This document shows positions 1 through 15,169 of a stretch of DNA of 64,000 bases, in pieces. Each line of letters begins with the position of its first letter. Positions within the stretch are counted from its first letter, which is position 1. The notes beneath the pieces are model-generated. The model made no database searches, was not told the DNA's origin, and saw only the letters and a program-made list of their open reading frames with translations. The position numbers and the translations under genes were made by a program. Origin of the DNA: the human T2T-CHM13v2.0 reference genome, Homo sapiens; the NCBI RefSeq assembly GCF_009914755.1, contig NC_060937.1, one strand, 5' to 3'.

Positions 1-3000
1 CATAAAATATCAAAGTACACCAGATATATATTCTATAGTGTACATAAAATATGAAAATACCCAAACTATACATTATATACTGTACATAAAATATGAAATT
101 ACATCAAATATATATTATATTAGGTACATAAAATATGAAAGTACATGAAATATAGATTATATACTGTACATAAAATATCAAGGTACCCCAAATATATATT
201 ATATACTCTACATGAAATATCAAAGTTCACAAACTATATATTATATACTGTACATAAAATATCAAAGTACCCAAGGTATATATTCTATACTGTACAAAAA
301 ATAACAAAGTACCAAAAGCATGTATAATATACTGTATATAAAATATGAAAGTACATCAAATATATATTTTATTCTGTACATAAAATATCAAAGTACACCA
401 GATATATATTCTATAGTGTACATAAAATATCAAAGTACCCAAACTATACATTATATACTGTAAATAAAATATGAAATTACATCAAATATATTTTATATTA
501 GGTACATAAAATATGAAAGTACATCAAATATATATTTTATTCTGTACATAAAATATCAAAGTACACCAGATATATATTCTATAGTGTACATAAAATATCA
601 AAGTACCCAAACTATACATTATATACTGTACATAAAATATGAAATTACATCAAATATATTTTATATTAGGTACATAAAATATGAAAGTACATCAAATATA
701 GATTATATACTGTACATTATATACCAAAGTACCCCAAATATATATTTTATACTGTACATGAAATATCAAAGTTCACAAACTATATATTATATACTGTACA
801 TATAATATCAAAGAATCCAAGGTATATATTCTATACTGTACAAAAAATAACAAAGTACCAAAAGCATGTATTATATACTGTACCTAAAATATGAAATTAC
901 ATCAAATATATATTTTATTCTGTACATAAAATATCAAAGTACACCAGATATATATTCTATAGTGTACATAAAATATCAAAGTACCCAAACTATACATTAT
1001 ATACTGTACATAAAATATGAAATTACATCAAATATACTTTATATTAGGTACATAAAATATGAAAGTACATGAAATATAGATTATATACCGTACATAAAAT
1101 ATCAAGGTACCCCAAATATATATTATATACTCTACATGAAATATCAAAGTTCACAAACTATATATTATATACTGTACATAAAATATCAAAGTACCCAAGG
1201 TATATATTCTATACTGTACAAAAAATAACAAAGTACCAAAAGCATGTATAATATACTGTACCTAAAATATGAAAGTACATCAAATATATATTTTATTCTG
1301 TACATAAAATATCAAAGTACACCAGATATATATTCTATAGTGTACATAAAATATCAAAGTACCCAAACTATACATTATATACTGTACATAAAATATGAAA
1401 TTACATCAAATATATTTTATATTAGGTACATAAAATATGAAAGTACATGAAATATAGATTATATACTGTACATAAAATATCAAGGTACCCCAAATATATA
1501 TTATATACTCTACATGAAATATCAAAGTTCACAAACTATATATTATATACTGTACATAAAATATCAAAGTACCCAAGGTATATATTCTATACTGTACAAA
1601 AAATAACAAAGTACCAAAAGCATGTATAATATACTGTACATAAAATATGAAAGTACATCAAATATATATTTTATTCTGTACATAAAATATCAAAGTACAC
1701 CAGATATATATTCTATAGTGTACATAAAATATCAAAATACCCAAACTATACATTATATACTGTACATAAAATATGAAATTACATCAAATATATATTATAT
1801 TAGGTACATAAAATATGAAAGTACATGAAATATAGATTATATACTGTACATAAAATATCAAGGTACCCCAAATATATATTATATACTCTACATGAAATAT
1901 CAAAGTTCACAAACTATATATTATATACTGTACATAAAATATCAAAGTACCCAAGGTATATATTCTATACTGTACAAAAAATAACAAAGTACCAAAAGCA
2001 TGTATAATATACTGTATATAAAATATGAAAGTACATCAAATATATATTTTATTCTGTACATAAAATATCAAAGTACACCAGATATATATTCTATAGTGTA
2101 CATAAAATATCAAAGTACCCAAACTATACATTATATACTGTAAATAAAATATGAAATTACATCAAATATATTTTATATTAGGTACATAAAATATGAAAGT
2201 ACATCAAATATATATTTTATTCTGTACATAAAATATCAAAGTACACCGGATATATATTCTATAGTGTACATAAAATATCAAAGTACCCAAACTATACATT
2301 ATATACTGTACATAAAATATGAGATTACATCAAATATATATTATATTAGCTACATAAAATATGAAAGTACATCAGATATAGATTATATACTGTACATAAA
2401 ATATCAAAGTACCCCAAATATATATTATACACTCTACATGAAATATCAAAGTTCACAAACTATATATTATATACTGTACATAAAATATCAAAGTACCCAA
2501 GGTATATATTCTATACTGTACAAAAAATATCAAAGTACCCAAAGCATGTATTATATACTGTATACAAAATATGAAAATACATTAAATATATATTTTATTC
2601 TGTACATAAAATATCAAAGTACACCAGATATGTATTCTATAGTGTACATAAAATAACAAAGTACACAAACTATAAATTATATACTGTATGTAAAATATGA
2701 AATTACATCAAATATATATTAGGTACATAAAATATGAAAGTACATCAAATATAGATTATATACTGTACATATAATATCAATGTACCCCAAATATATATTT
2801 TATACTCTACATGAAATATCAAAGTTCACAAACCATACATTATATACTGTACATAAAATATCAAAGTACCCAAGGTATATATTCTATACTGTACAAAAAA
2901 TAACAAAGTACCAAAAGCATGTATAATATACTGTACATAAAATATGAAAGTACATCAAATATATATTTTATTCTGTACATAAAATATCAAAGTACACCAG

Positions 3001-6000
3001 ATATATATTCTATAGTGTACATAAAATATCAAAGTACCCAAACTATACATTATATACTGTACATAAAATATGAAATTACATCAAATATATTTTATATTAG
3101 GTACATAAAATATGAAAGTACATGAAATATAGATTATATACTGTACATAAAATATCAAGGTACCCCAAATATATATTATATACTCTACATGAAATATCAA
3201 AGTTCACAAACTATATATTATATACTGTACATAAAATATCAAAGTACCCAAGGTATATATTCTATACTGTACAAAAAATAACAAAGTACCAAAAGCATGT
3301 ATAATATACTGTACCTAAAATATGAAAGTACATCAAATATATATTTTATTCTGTACATAAAATATCAAAGTACACCAGATATATATTCTATAGTGTACAT
3401 AAAATATCAAAGTACCCAAACTATACATTATATACTGTACATAAAATATGAAATTACATCAAATATATTTTATATTAGGTACATAAAATATGAAAGTACA
3501 TGAAATATAGATTATATACTGTACATAAAATATCAAGGTACCCCAAATATATATTATATACTCTACATGAAATATCAAAGTTCACAAACTATATATTATA
3601 TACTGTACATAAAATATCAAAGTACCCAAGGTATATATTCTATACTGTACAAAAAATAACAAAGTACCAAAAGCATGTATAATATACTGTACATAAAATA
3701 TGAAAGTACATCAAATATATATTTTATTCTGTACATAAAATATCAAAGTACACCAGATATATATTCTATAGTGTACATAAAATATCAAAGTACCCAAACT
3801 ATACATTATATACTGTACATAAAATATGAAATTACATCAAATATATTTTATATTAGGTACATAAAATATGAAAGTACATGAAATATAGATTATATACTGT
3901 ACATAAAATATCAAGGTACCCCAAATATATATTATATACTCTACATGAAATATCAAAGTTCACAAACTATATATTATATACTGTACATAAAATATCAAAG
4001 TACCCAAGGTATATATTCTATACTGTACAAAAAATAACAAAGTACCAAAAGCATGTATAATATACTGTACATAAAATATGAAAGTACATCAAATATATAT
4101 TTTATTCTGTACATAAAATATCAAAGTACACCAGATATATATTCTATAGTGTACATAAAATATCAAAATACCCAAACTATACATTATATACTGTACATAA
4201 AATATGAAATTACATCAAATATATATTATATTAGGTACATAAAATATGAAAGTACATGAAATATAGATTATATACTGTACATAAAATATCAAGGTACCCC
4301 AAATATATATTATATACTCTACATGAAATATCAAAGTTCACAAACTATATATTATATACTGTACATAAAATATCAAAGTACCCAAGGTATATATTCTATA
4401 CTGTACAAAAAATAACAAAGTACCAAAAGCATGTATAATATACTGTACATAAAATATGAAAGTACATCAAATATATATTTTATTCTGTACATAAAATATC
4501 AAAGTACACCAGATATATATTCTATAGTGTACATAAAATATCAAAATACCCAAACTATACATTATATACTGTACATAAAATATGAAATTACATCAAATAT
4601 ATATTATATTAGGTACATAAAATATGAAAGTACATGAAATATAGATTATATACTGTACATAAAATATCAAGGTACCCCAAATATATATTATATACTCTAC
4701 ATGAAATATCAAAGTTCACAAACTATATATTATATACTGTACATAAAATATCAAAGTACCCAAGGTATATATTCTATACTGTACAAAAAATAACAAAGTA
4801 CCAAAAGCATGTATAATATACTGTATATAAAATATGAAAGTACATCAAATATATATTTTATTCTGTACATAAAATATCAAAGTACACCAGATATATATTC
4901 TATAGTGTACATAAAATATCAAAGTACCCAAACTATACATTATATACTGTAAATAAAATATGAAATTACATCAAATATATTTTATATTAGGTACATAAAA
5001 TATGAAAGTACATCAAATATATATTTTATTCTGTACATAAAATATCAAAGTACACCGGATATATATTCTATAGTGTACATAAAATATCAAAGTACCCAAA
5101 CTATACATTATATACTGTACATAAAATATGAGATTACATCAAATATATATTATATTAGCTACATAAAATATGAAAGTACATCAGATATAGATTATATACT
5201 GTACATAAAATATCAAAGTACCCCAAATATATATTATACACTCTACATGAAATATCAAAGTTCACAAACTATATATTATATACTGTACATAAAATATCAA
5301 AGTACCCAAGGTATATATTCTATACTGTACAAAAAATATCAAAGTACCCAAAGCATGTATTATATACTGTATACAAAATATGAAAATACATTAAATATAT
5401 ATTTTATTCTGTACATAAAATATCAAAGTACACCAGATATGTATTCTATAGTGTACATAAAATAACAAAGTACACAAACTATAAATTATATACTGTACGT
5501 AAAATATGAAATTACATCAAATATATATTAGGTACATAAAATATGAAAGTACATCAAATATAGATTATATACTGTACATATAATATCAATGTACCCCAAA
5601 TATATATTTTATACTCTACATAAAATATCAAAGTTCACAAACCATACATTATATACTGTACATAAAATATCAAAGTACCCAAGGTATATATTCTATACTG
5701 TACAAAAAATAACAAAGTACCAAAAGCATGTATAATATACTGTACATAAAATATGAAAGTACATCAAATATATATTTTATTCTGTACATAAAATATCAAA
5801 GTACACCAGATATATATTCTATAGTGTACATAAAATATCAAAGTACCCAAACTATACATTATATACTGTACATAAAATATGAAATTACATCAAATATATT
5901 TTATATTAGGTACATAAAATATGAAAGTACATGAAATATAGATTATATACTGTACATAAAATATCAAGGTACCCCAAATATATATTATATACTCTACATG

Positions 6001-9000
6001 AAATATCAAAGTTCACAAACTATATATTATATACTGTACATAAAATATCAAAGTACCCAAGGTATATATTCTATACTGTACAAAAAATAACAAAGTACCA
6101 AAAGCATGTATAATATACTGTACCTAAAATATGAAAGTACATCAAATATATATTTTATTCTGTACATAAAATATCAAAGTACACCAGATATATATTCTAT
6201 AGTGTACATAAAATATCAAAGTACCCAAACTATACATTATATACTGTACATAAAATATGAAATTACATCAAATATATTTTATATTAGGTACATAAAATAT
6301 GAAAGTACATGAAATATAGATTATATACTGTACATAAAATATCAAGGTACCCCAAATATATATTATATACTCTACATGAAATATCAAAGTTCACAAACTA
6401 TATATTATATACTGTACATAAAATATCAAAGTACCCAAGGTATATATTCTATACTGTACAAAAAATAACAAAGTACCAAAAGCATGTATAATATACTGTA
6501 CATAAAATATGAAAGTACATCAAATATATATTTTATTCTGTACATAAAATATCAAAGTACACCAGATATATATTCTATAGTGTACATAAAATATCAAAAT
6601 ACCCAAACTATACATTATATACTGTACATAAAATATGAAATTACATCAAATATATATTATATTAGGTTCATAAAATATGAAAGTACATGAAATATAGATT
6701 ATATACTGTACATAAAATATCAAGGTACCCCAAATATATATTATATACTCTACATGAAATATCAAAGTTCACAAACTATATATTATATACTGTACATAAA
6801 ATATCAAAGTACCCAAGGTATATATTCTATACTGTACAAAAAATAACAAAGTACCAAAAGCATGTATAATATACTGTACATAAAATATGAAAGTACATCA
6901 AATATATATTTTATTCTGTACATAAAATATCAAAGTACACCAGATATATATTCTATAGTGTACATAAAATATCAAAATACCCAAACTATACATTATATAC
7001 TGTACATAAAATATGAAATTACATCAAATATATATTATATTAGGTACATAAAATATGAAAGTACATGAAATATAGATTATATACTGTACATAAAATATCA
7101 AGGTACCCCAATTATATATTATATACTCTACATGAAATATCAAAGTTCACAAACTATATATTATATACTGTACATAAAATATCAAAGTACCCAAGGTATA
7201 TATTCTATACTGTACAAAAAATAACAAAGTACCAAAAGCATGTATAATATACTGTATATAAAATATGAAAGTACATCAAATATATATTTTATTCTGTACA
7301 TAAAATATCAAAGTACACCAGATATATATTCTATAGTGTACATAAAATATCAAAGTACCCAAACTATACATTATATACTGTAAATAAAATATGAAATTAC
7401 ATCAAATATATTTTATATTAGGTACATAAAATATGAAAGTACATCAAATATATATTTTATTCTGTACATAAAATATCAAAGTACACCGGATATATATTAT
7501 ATAGTGTACATAAAATATCAAAGTACCCAAACTATACATTATATACTGTACATAAAATATGAGATTACATCAAATATATATTATATTAGCTACATAAAAT
7601 ATGAAAGTACATCAGATATAGATTATATACTGTACATAAAATATCAAAGTACCCCAAATATATATTATACACTCTACATGAAATATCAAAGTTCACAAAC
7701 TATATATTATATACTGTACATAAAATATCAAAGTACCCAAGGTATATATTCTATACTGTACAAAAAATATCAAAGTACCCAAAGCATGTATTATATACTG
7801 TATACAAAATATGAAAATACATTAAATATATATCTTATTCTGTACATAAAATATCAAAGTACACCAGATATGTATTCTATAGTGTACATAAAATAACAAA
7901 GTACACAAACTATAAATTATATACTGTACGTAAAATATGAAATTACATCAAATATATATTAGGTACATAAAATATGAAAGTACATCAAATATAGATTATA
8001 TACTGTACATATAATATCAATGTACCCCAAATATATATTTTATACTCTACATGAAATATCAAAGTTCACAAACCATACATTATATACTGTACATAAAATA
8101 TCAAAGTACCCAAGGTATATATTCTATACTGTACAAAAAATAACAAAGTACCAAAAGCATGTATAATATACTGTACATAAAATATGAAAGTACATCAAAT
8201 ATATATTTTATTCTGTACATAAAATATCAAAGTACACCAGATATATATTCTATAGTGTACATAAAATATCAAAGTACCCAAACTATACATTATATACTGT
8301 ACATAAAATATGAAATTACATCAAATATATTTTATATTAGGTACATAAAATATGAAAGTACATGAAATATAGATTATATACTGTACATAAAATATCAAGG
8401 TACCCCAAATATATATTATATACTCTACATGAAATATCAAAGTTCACAAACTATATATTATATACTGTACATAAAATATCAAAGTACCCAAGGTATATAT
8501 TCTATACTGTACAAAAAATAACAAAGTACCAAAAGCATGTATAATATACTGTACATAAAATATGAAAGTACATCAAATATATATTTTATTCTGTACATAA
8601 AATATCAAAGTACACCAGATATATATTCTATAGTGTACATAAAATAACAAAGTACACAAACTATAAATTATATACTGTACGTAAAATATGAAATTACATC
8701 AAATATATATTAGGTACATAAAATATGAAAGTACATCAAATATAGATTATATACTGTACATATAATATCAATGTACCCCAAATATATATTTTATACTCTA
8801 CATGAAATATCAAAGTTCACAAACCATACATTATATACTGTACATAAAATATCAAAGTACCCAAGGTATATATTCTATACTGTACAAAAAATAACAAAGT
8901 ACCAAAAGCATGTATAATATACTGTACATAAAATATGAAAGTACATCAAATATATATTTTATTCTGTACATAAAATATCAAAGTACACCAGATATATATT

Positions 9001-11000
9001 CTATAGTGTACATAAAATATCAAAGTACCCAAACTATACATTATATACTGTACATAAAATATGAAATTACATCAAATATATTTTATATTAGGTACATAAA
9101 ATATGAAAGAACATGAAATATAGATTATATACTGTACATAAAATATCAAGGTACCCCAAATATATATTATATACTCTACATGAAATATCAAAGTTCACAA
9201 ACTATATATTATATACTGTACATAAAATATCAAAGTACCCAAGGTATATATTCTATACTGTACAAAAAATAACAAAGTACCAAAAGCATGTATAATATAC
9301 TGTACCTAAAATATGAAAGTACATCAAATATATATTTTATTCTGTACATAAAATATCAAAGTACACCAGATATATATTCTGTAGTGTACATAAAATATCA
9401 AAGTACCCAAACTATACATTATATACTGTACATAAAATATGAAATTACATCAAATATATTTTATATTAGGTACATAAAATATGAAAGTACATGAAATATA
9501 GATTATATACTATACATAAAATATCAAGGTACCCCAAATATATATTATATACTCTACATGAAATATCAAAGTTCACAAACTATATATTATATACTGTACA
9601 TAAAATATCAAAGTACCCAAGGTATATATTCTATACTGTACAAAAAATAACAAAGTACCAAAAGCATGTATAATATACTGTACATAAAATATGAAAGTAC
9701 ATCAAATATATATTTTATTCTGTACATAAAATATCAAAGTACACCAGATATATATTCTATAGTGTACATAAAATATCAAAATACCCAAACTATACATTAT
9801 ATACTGTACATAAAATATGAAATTACATCAAATATATATTATATTAGGTACATAAAATATGAAAGTACATGAAATATAGATTATATACTGTACATAAAAT
9901 ATCAAGGTACCCCAAATATATATTATATACTCTACATGAAATATCAAAGTTCACAAACTATATATTATATACTGTACATAAAATATCAAAGTACCCAAGG
10001 TATATATTCTATACTGTACAAAAAATAACAAAGTACCAAAAGCATGTATAATATACTGTATATAAAATATGAAAGTACATCAAATATATATTTTATTCTG
10101 TACATAAAATATCAAAGTACACCAGATATATATTCTATAGTGTACATAAAATATCAAAGTACCCAAACTATACATTATATACTGTAAATAAAATATGAAA
10201 TTACATCAAATATATTTTATATTAGGTACATAAAATATGAAAGTACATCAAATATATATTTTATTCTGTACATAAAATATCAAAGTACACCGGATATATA
10301 TTCTATAGTGTACATAAAATATCAAAGTACCCAAACTATACATTATATACTGTACATAAAATATGAGATTACATCAAATATATATTATATTAGCTACATA
10401 AAATATGAAAGTACATCAGATATAGATTATATACTGTACATAAAATATCAAAGTACCCCAAATATATATTATACACTCTACATGAAATATCAAAGTTCAC
10501 AAACTATATATTATATACTGTACATAAAATATCAAAGTACCCAAGGTATATATTCTATACTGTACAAAAAATATCAAAGTACCCAAAGCATGTATTATAT
10601 ACTGTATACAAAATATGAAAATACATTAAATATATATTTTATTCTGTACATAAAATATCAAAGTACACCAGATATGTATTCTATAGTGTACATAAAATAT
10701 CAAAGTACCCAAACTATACATTATATACTGTACATAAAATATGAAATTACATCAAATATATATTATATTAGGTACATAAAATATGAAAGTACATGAAATA
10801 TAGATTATATACTGTACATAAAATATCAAGGTACCCCAAATATATATTATATACTCTACATGAAATATCAAAGTTCACAAACTATATATTATATACTGTA
10901 CATAAAATATCAAAGTACCCAAGGTATATATTCTATACTGTACAAAAAATAAAAAAGTACCAAAAGCATGTATAATATACTGTACATAAAATATGAAAGT
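1..11000 (+). repeat. Homogeneous HSat1A sub-domain with a 2431/2804/2809-bp super-repeat
   Basis: Near-identical HORs carry diagnostic GTACATGAAATATAGA, CAAGGTACC and CATGTATAAT. The rare CCGG marker occurs at 2246, 5055, 7486 and 10290 (spacings 2809, 2431, 2804). Confidence 0.9.
3297..3674 (+). repeat. Example of the 378-bp 9-monomer higher-order repeat that tiles the window
   Basis: Nine distinguishable monomers recur in fixed order (consensus conceptual translation: M1 YESTSNIYFILYIK, M2 YQSTPDIYSIVYIK, M3 YQSTQTIHYILYIK, M4 YEITSNIYYIRYIK, M5 YESTSNIDYILYIK, M6 YQSTPNIYYILYMK, M7 YQSSQTIYYILYIK, M8 YQSTQGIYSILYKK, M9 YQSTQSMYYILYIK). Equivalent ORF starts lie 378 bp apart (2919, 3297, 3675, 4053, 4431). 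A 378-bp 9-mer is the known HSat1A periodicity. Confidence 0.95.
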
Positions 11001-11706
11001 ACATCAAATATATATTTTATTCTGTACATAAAATATCAAAGTACACCAGATATATATTCTATAGTGTACATAAAATATCAAAGTACCCAAACTATACATT
11101 ATATACTGTACATAAAATATGAAATTACATAAAATATATTTTATATTAGGTACATAAAATATGAAAGTACATCAAATATAGATTATATACTGTACATATA
11201 ATATCAATGTACCCCAAATATATATTTTATACTCTACATCAAATATCAAAGTTCACAAACCATACATTGTATACTGTACATAAAATATCAAAATACCCAA
11301 GGTATATATTCTATACTGTACAAAAAATATCAAAGTACCCAAAGCATGTATTACATACTGTACATAAAATATGAAATTACATCAAATAGAGATTATATAC
11401 TGTACATTAAATACCAAAGTACCCCAAATATATATTTTATACTGTACATGAAATATCAAAGTTCACAAACTATATATTATATACTGTACATGTAATATCA
11501 AAGTACCCGAGGTATATATTCTATAATGTACAAAAAATAACAAAGTACCAAAAGCATGTATTACATACTGTACCTAAAATATGAAAGTACATCAAATATA
11601 TATTTTATTCTGTACATAATATATCAAAGTACACAACATATATATTCTATAGTGTACATAAAATATCAAAGTACACAAACTATACATTATATACTGTACA
11701 TAAAAT

Positions 11707-12825
11707 ATGAAATTACATCAAATATATATTAGGTACATAAAATATGAAAGTACATCAAATATAGATTATATACTGTACATAAAATATCAAAGTACCCCAA
11801 ATATATATTATATACTGTACATGAAATATCAAAGTTCACAAACTATATATTATATACTGTACATAAAATATCAAAGTACCCAAGGTATATATTCTGTACT
11901 GTACAAAAAATATCAAAGTACCCAAAGCATGTATTATATACTGTATATAAAATATGAAAGTACATCAAATATATATTTTATTCTGTACATAAAATATCAA
12001 AGTACACCAGATATATATTCTATAGTGTACATAAAATAACAAAGTACAAAAACTATAAATTATATACTGTACATAAAATATGAAATTATATCAAATACAT
12101 ACTAGGTACATAAAATATGAAAGTACATCAAATATAGATTATATACTGTACATAAAATATCAATGCAACCCAAATATATATTTTATACTCTACATGAAAT
12201 ATCAAAGTTCACAAACCATATATTATATACTGTACATAAAATATCAAAGTACCCAAGGTATATATTCTATACTGTACAAAAAATATCAAAGTACCCAAAG
12301 CATGTATTATATTCTGTATATAAAATATGAAAGTACATCAAATATATATTTTATTCTGTACATAAAATATCAAAGTACACCAGATATATATTCTATAGTG
12401 TACATAAAATATCAAAGTACCCAAACTATACATTATATACTGTACATAAAATATGAAATTACATCAAATATATATTAGGTACATAAAATATGAAAGTACA
12501 TCAAATATAGATTATATACTGTACATAAAATATCAAAGTACCCCAAATATATATTATATACTGTATATGAAATATCAAAGTTCACAAACTATATATTATA
12601 TACTGTATATAAAATATCAAAGTACCCAAGGTATATATTCTATACTGTACAAAAAATATCAAAGTACCCAAAGCATGTATTATATACTGTACATAAAATA
12701 TGAAAGTACATCAAATATATATTTTTTTCTGTACATAAAATATCAAAGTACACCAGATATGTATACTATAGCGTACATAAAATAACAAAGTACACAAACT
12801 ATACATTATATACTGTACATAAAAT
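11707..12825 (+). repeat. Run of 373-bp HOR variants (5-bp deletion in monomer M4)
   Basis: AAATATATATTAGGTAC replaces AAATATATATTATATTAGGTAC. Equivalent ORF starts at 11707, 12080, 12453 and 12826 are 373 bp apart. Confidence 0.9.
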
Positions 12826-15169
12826 ATGAAATTACATCAAATATATATTAGGTACGTAAAATATGAAAGTACATCAAATATAGATTATATACTGTACATA
12901 AAATATCAATGTACCCCAAATATATATTTTATACTCTACATGAAATATCAAAGTTCACAAACCATATATTATATACTGTCCATAAAATACCAAGGAACCA
13001 AGGTATATATTCTATACTATACAAAAAATATCAAAGTACCCAAAGCATGTACTATATACTGTACATAAAATATGAAAGTACATCAAATATAGATATTATT
13101 CTGTACATAAAATATCAAAGTACACCAGATATATATTCTATAGTGTACATAAAATATCAAAATACCCAAACTATACATTATATACTGTACATAAAATATG
13201 AGATTACATCAAATATATATTATATTAGGTACATAAAATATGAAAGTACATCAAATATAGATTATATACTGTACATAAAATATCAAAGTACCCCAAATAT
13301 ATATTATATACTCTACAGGAAATATCAAAGTTCACACACTATGTATTATATACTGTACATAAATTATCAAAGTACCCAAGGTATATATTCTATACTGTAC
13401 AAAAAATATCAAAGTACCCAAAGCATGTATTATATTCTGTATATAAAATATGAAAGTACATCAAATATATATTTTATTCTGTACATAAAATATCAAAGTA
13501 CACCAGATATGTATTCTATAGTGTACATAAAATATCAAAGTACCCAAACTATACATTATATACTGTACATAAAATATGAAATTACATCAAATATATATTA
13601 GGTACATAAAATATGAAAGTACATCAAATATAGATTATATACTGTACATAAAATATCAAAGTACCCCAAATATATATTATATACTGTATATGAAATATCA
13701 AAGTTCACAAACTATATATTATATACTGTATATAAAATATCAAAGTACCCAAGGTATATATTCTATACTGTACAAAAAATATCAAAGTACCCAAAGCATG
13801 TATTATATAGTGTACATAAAATATGAAAGTACATCAAATATATATTTAATTCTGTACATGAAATATCAAAGTACACCAGATATATATTCTATAGTGTACA
13901 TAAAATATCAAAGTACCCAAACTATACATTATATACTGTACATAAAATATGAAATTACATCAAATATATATTATATTAGGTACATAAAATATGAAAGTAC
14001 GTCAAATATAGATTATATAATGTACATTAAATACCAAAGTACCCCAAATATATATTTTATACTATACATGAAATATCAAAGTTCACAAACTATATATTAT
14101 ATACTGTACATATAATATCAAAGTACCCAAGGTATATATTCTATACTGTACAAAAAATAACAAAGTACCAAAAGCATGTATTATATACTGTACCTAAAAT
14201 ATGAAAGTACATCAAATATATATTTAATTCTGTACATAAAATATCAAAGTACACCAGATATATATTCTATAGTGTACATAAAATATCAAAGTACCCAAAC
14301 TATACATTATATACTGTACATAAAATATGAAATTACATCAAATATATATTATATTAGGTACATAAAATATGAAAGTACATCAAATATAGATTATATACTG
14401 TACATTAAATACCAAAGTACCCCAAATATATATTTTATACTATACATGAAATATCAAAGTTCACAAACTATATATTATATACTGTACATATAATATCAAA
14501 GTACCCAAGGTATATATTCTACACTGCACAAAAAATAACAAAGTACCAAAAGCATGTATTATATACTGTACCTAAAATATGAAAGTACATCAAATATATA
14601 TTTTATTCTGTACATAAAATATCAAAGTACACCAGATATATATTCTATAGTGTACATAAAATATCAAAGTATCCAAACTATACATTATATACTGTACATA
14701 AAATATGAGATTACATCAAATATATATTATATTAGGTACATAAAATATGAAAGAACATCAAATATAGATTATATACTGTACATAAAATATCAAAGGACCC
14801 CAAATATATATTATATTCTCTACATGAAATATCAAAGTTCACAATCTATATATTATATACTGTACATAAAATATCAAAGTACCCAAGGTATATATTCTAT
14901 ACTGTACAAAAAATATCAAAGTACCCAAAGCATGTATTATATACTGTATATAAAATATGAAAGTACATTAAATATATATTTTATTCTGTACATAAAATAT
15001 CAAAGTACACCAGATATATAATCTATAGTGTACATAAAATAACAAAGTACACAAACTATAAATTATATACTGTACATAAAATATGAAATTACATCAAATA
15101 TATATTAGGTACATAAAATATGAAAGTACATCAAATATAGATTATATACTCTACAAAAATATCAAAGTA

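Noticed and set aside
265-285. Nuclear-receptor sites (CCAAGGTA, NR5A-like; CAAAGTTCA half-site)
   Set aside because: Mismatched to consensus or isolated half-sites; too weak to call.
333-345. TATA boxes (TATAAAA, TATAAAT) as promoters
   Set aside because: Expected by chance in ~79% AT repeats, with no supporting promoter context.
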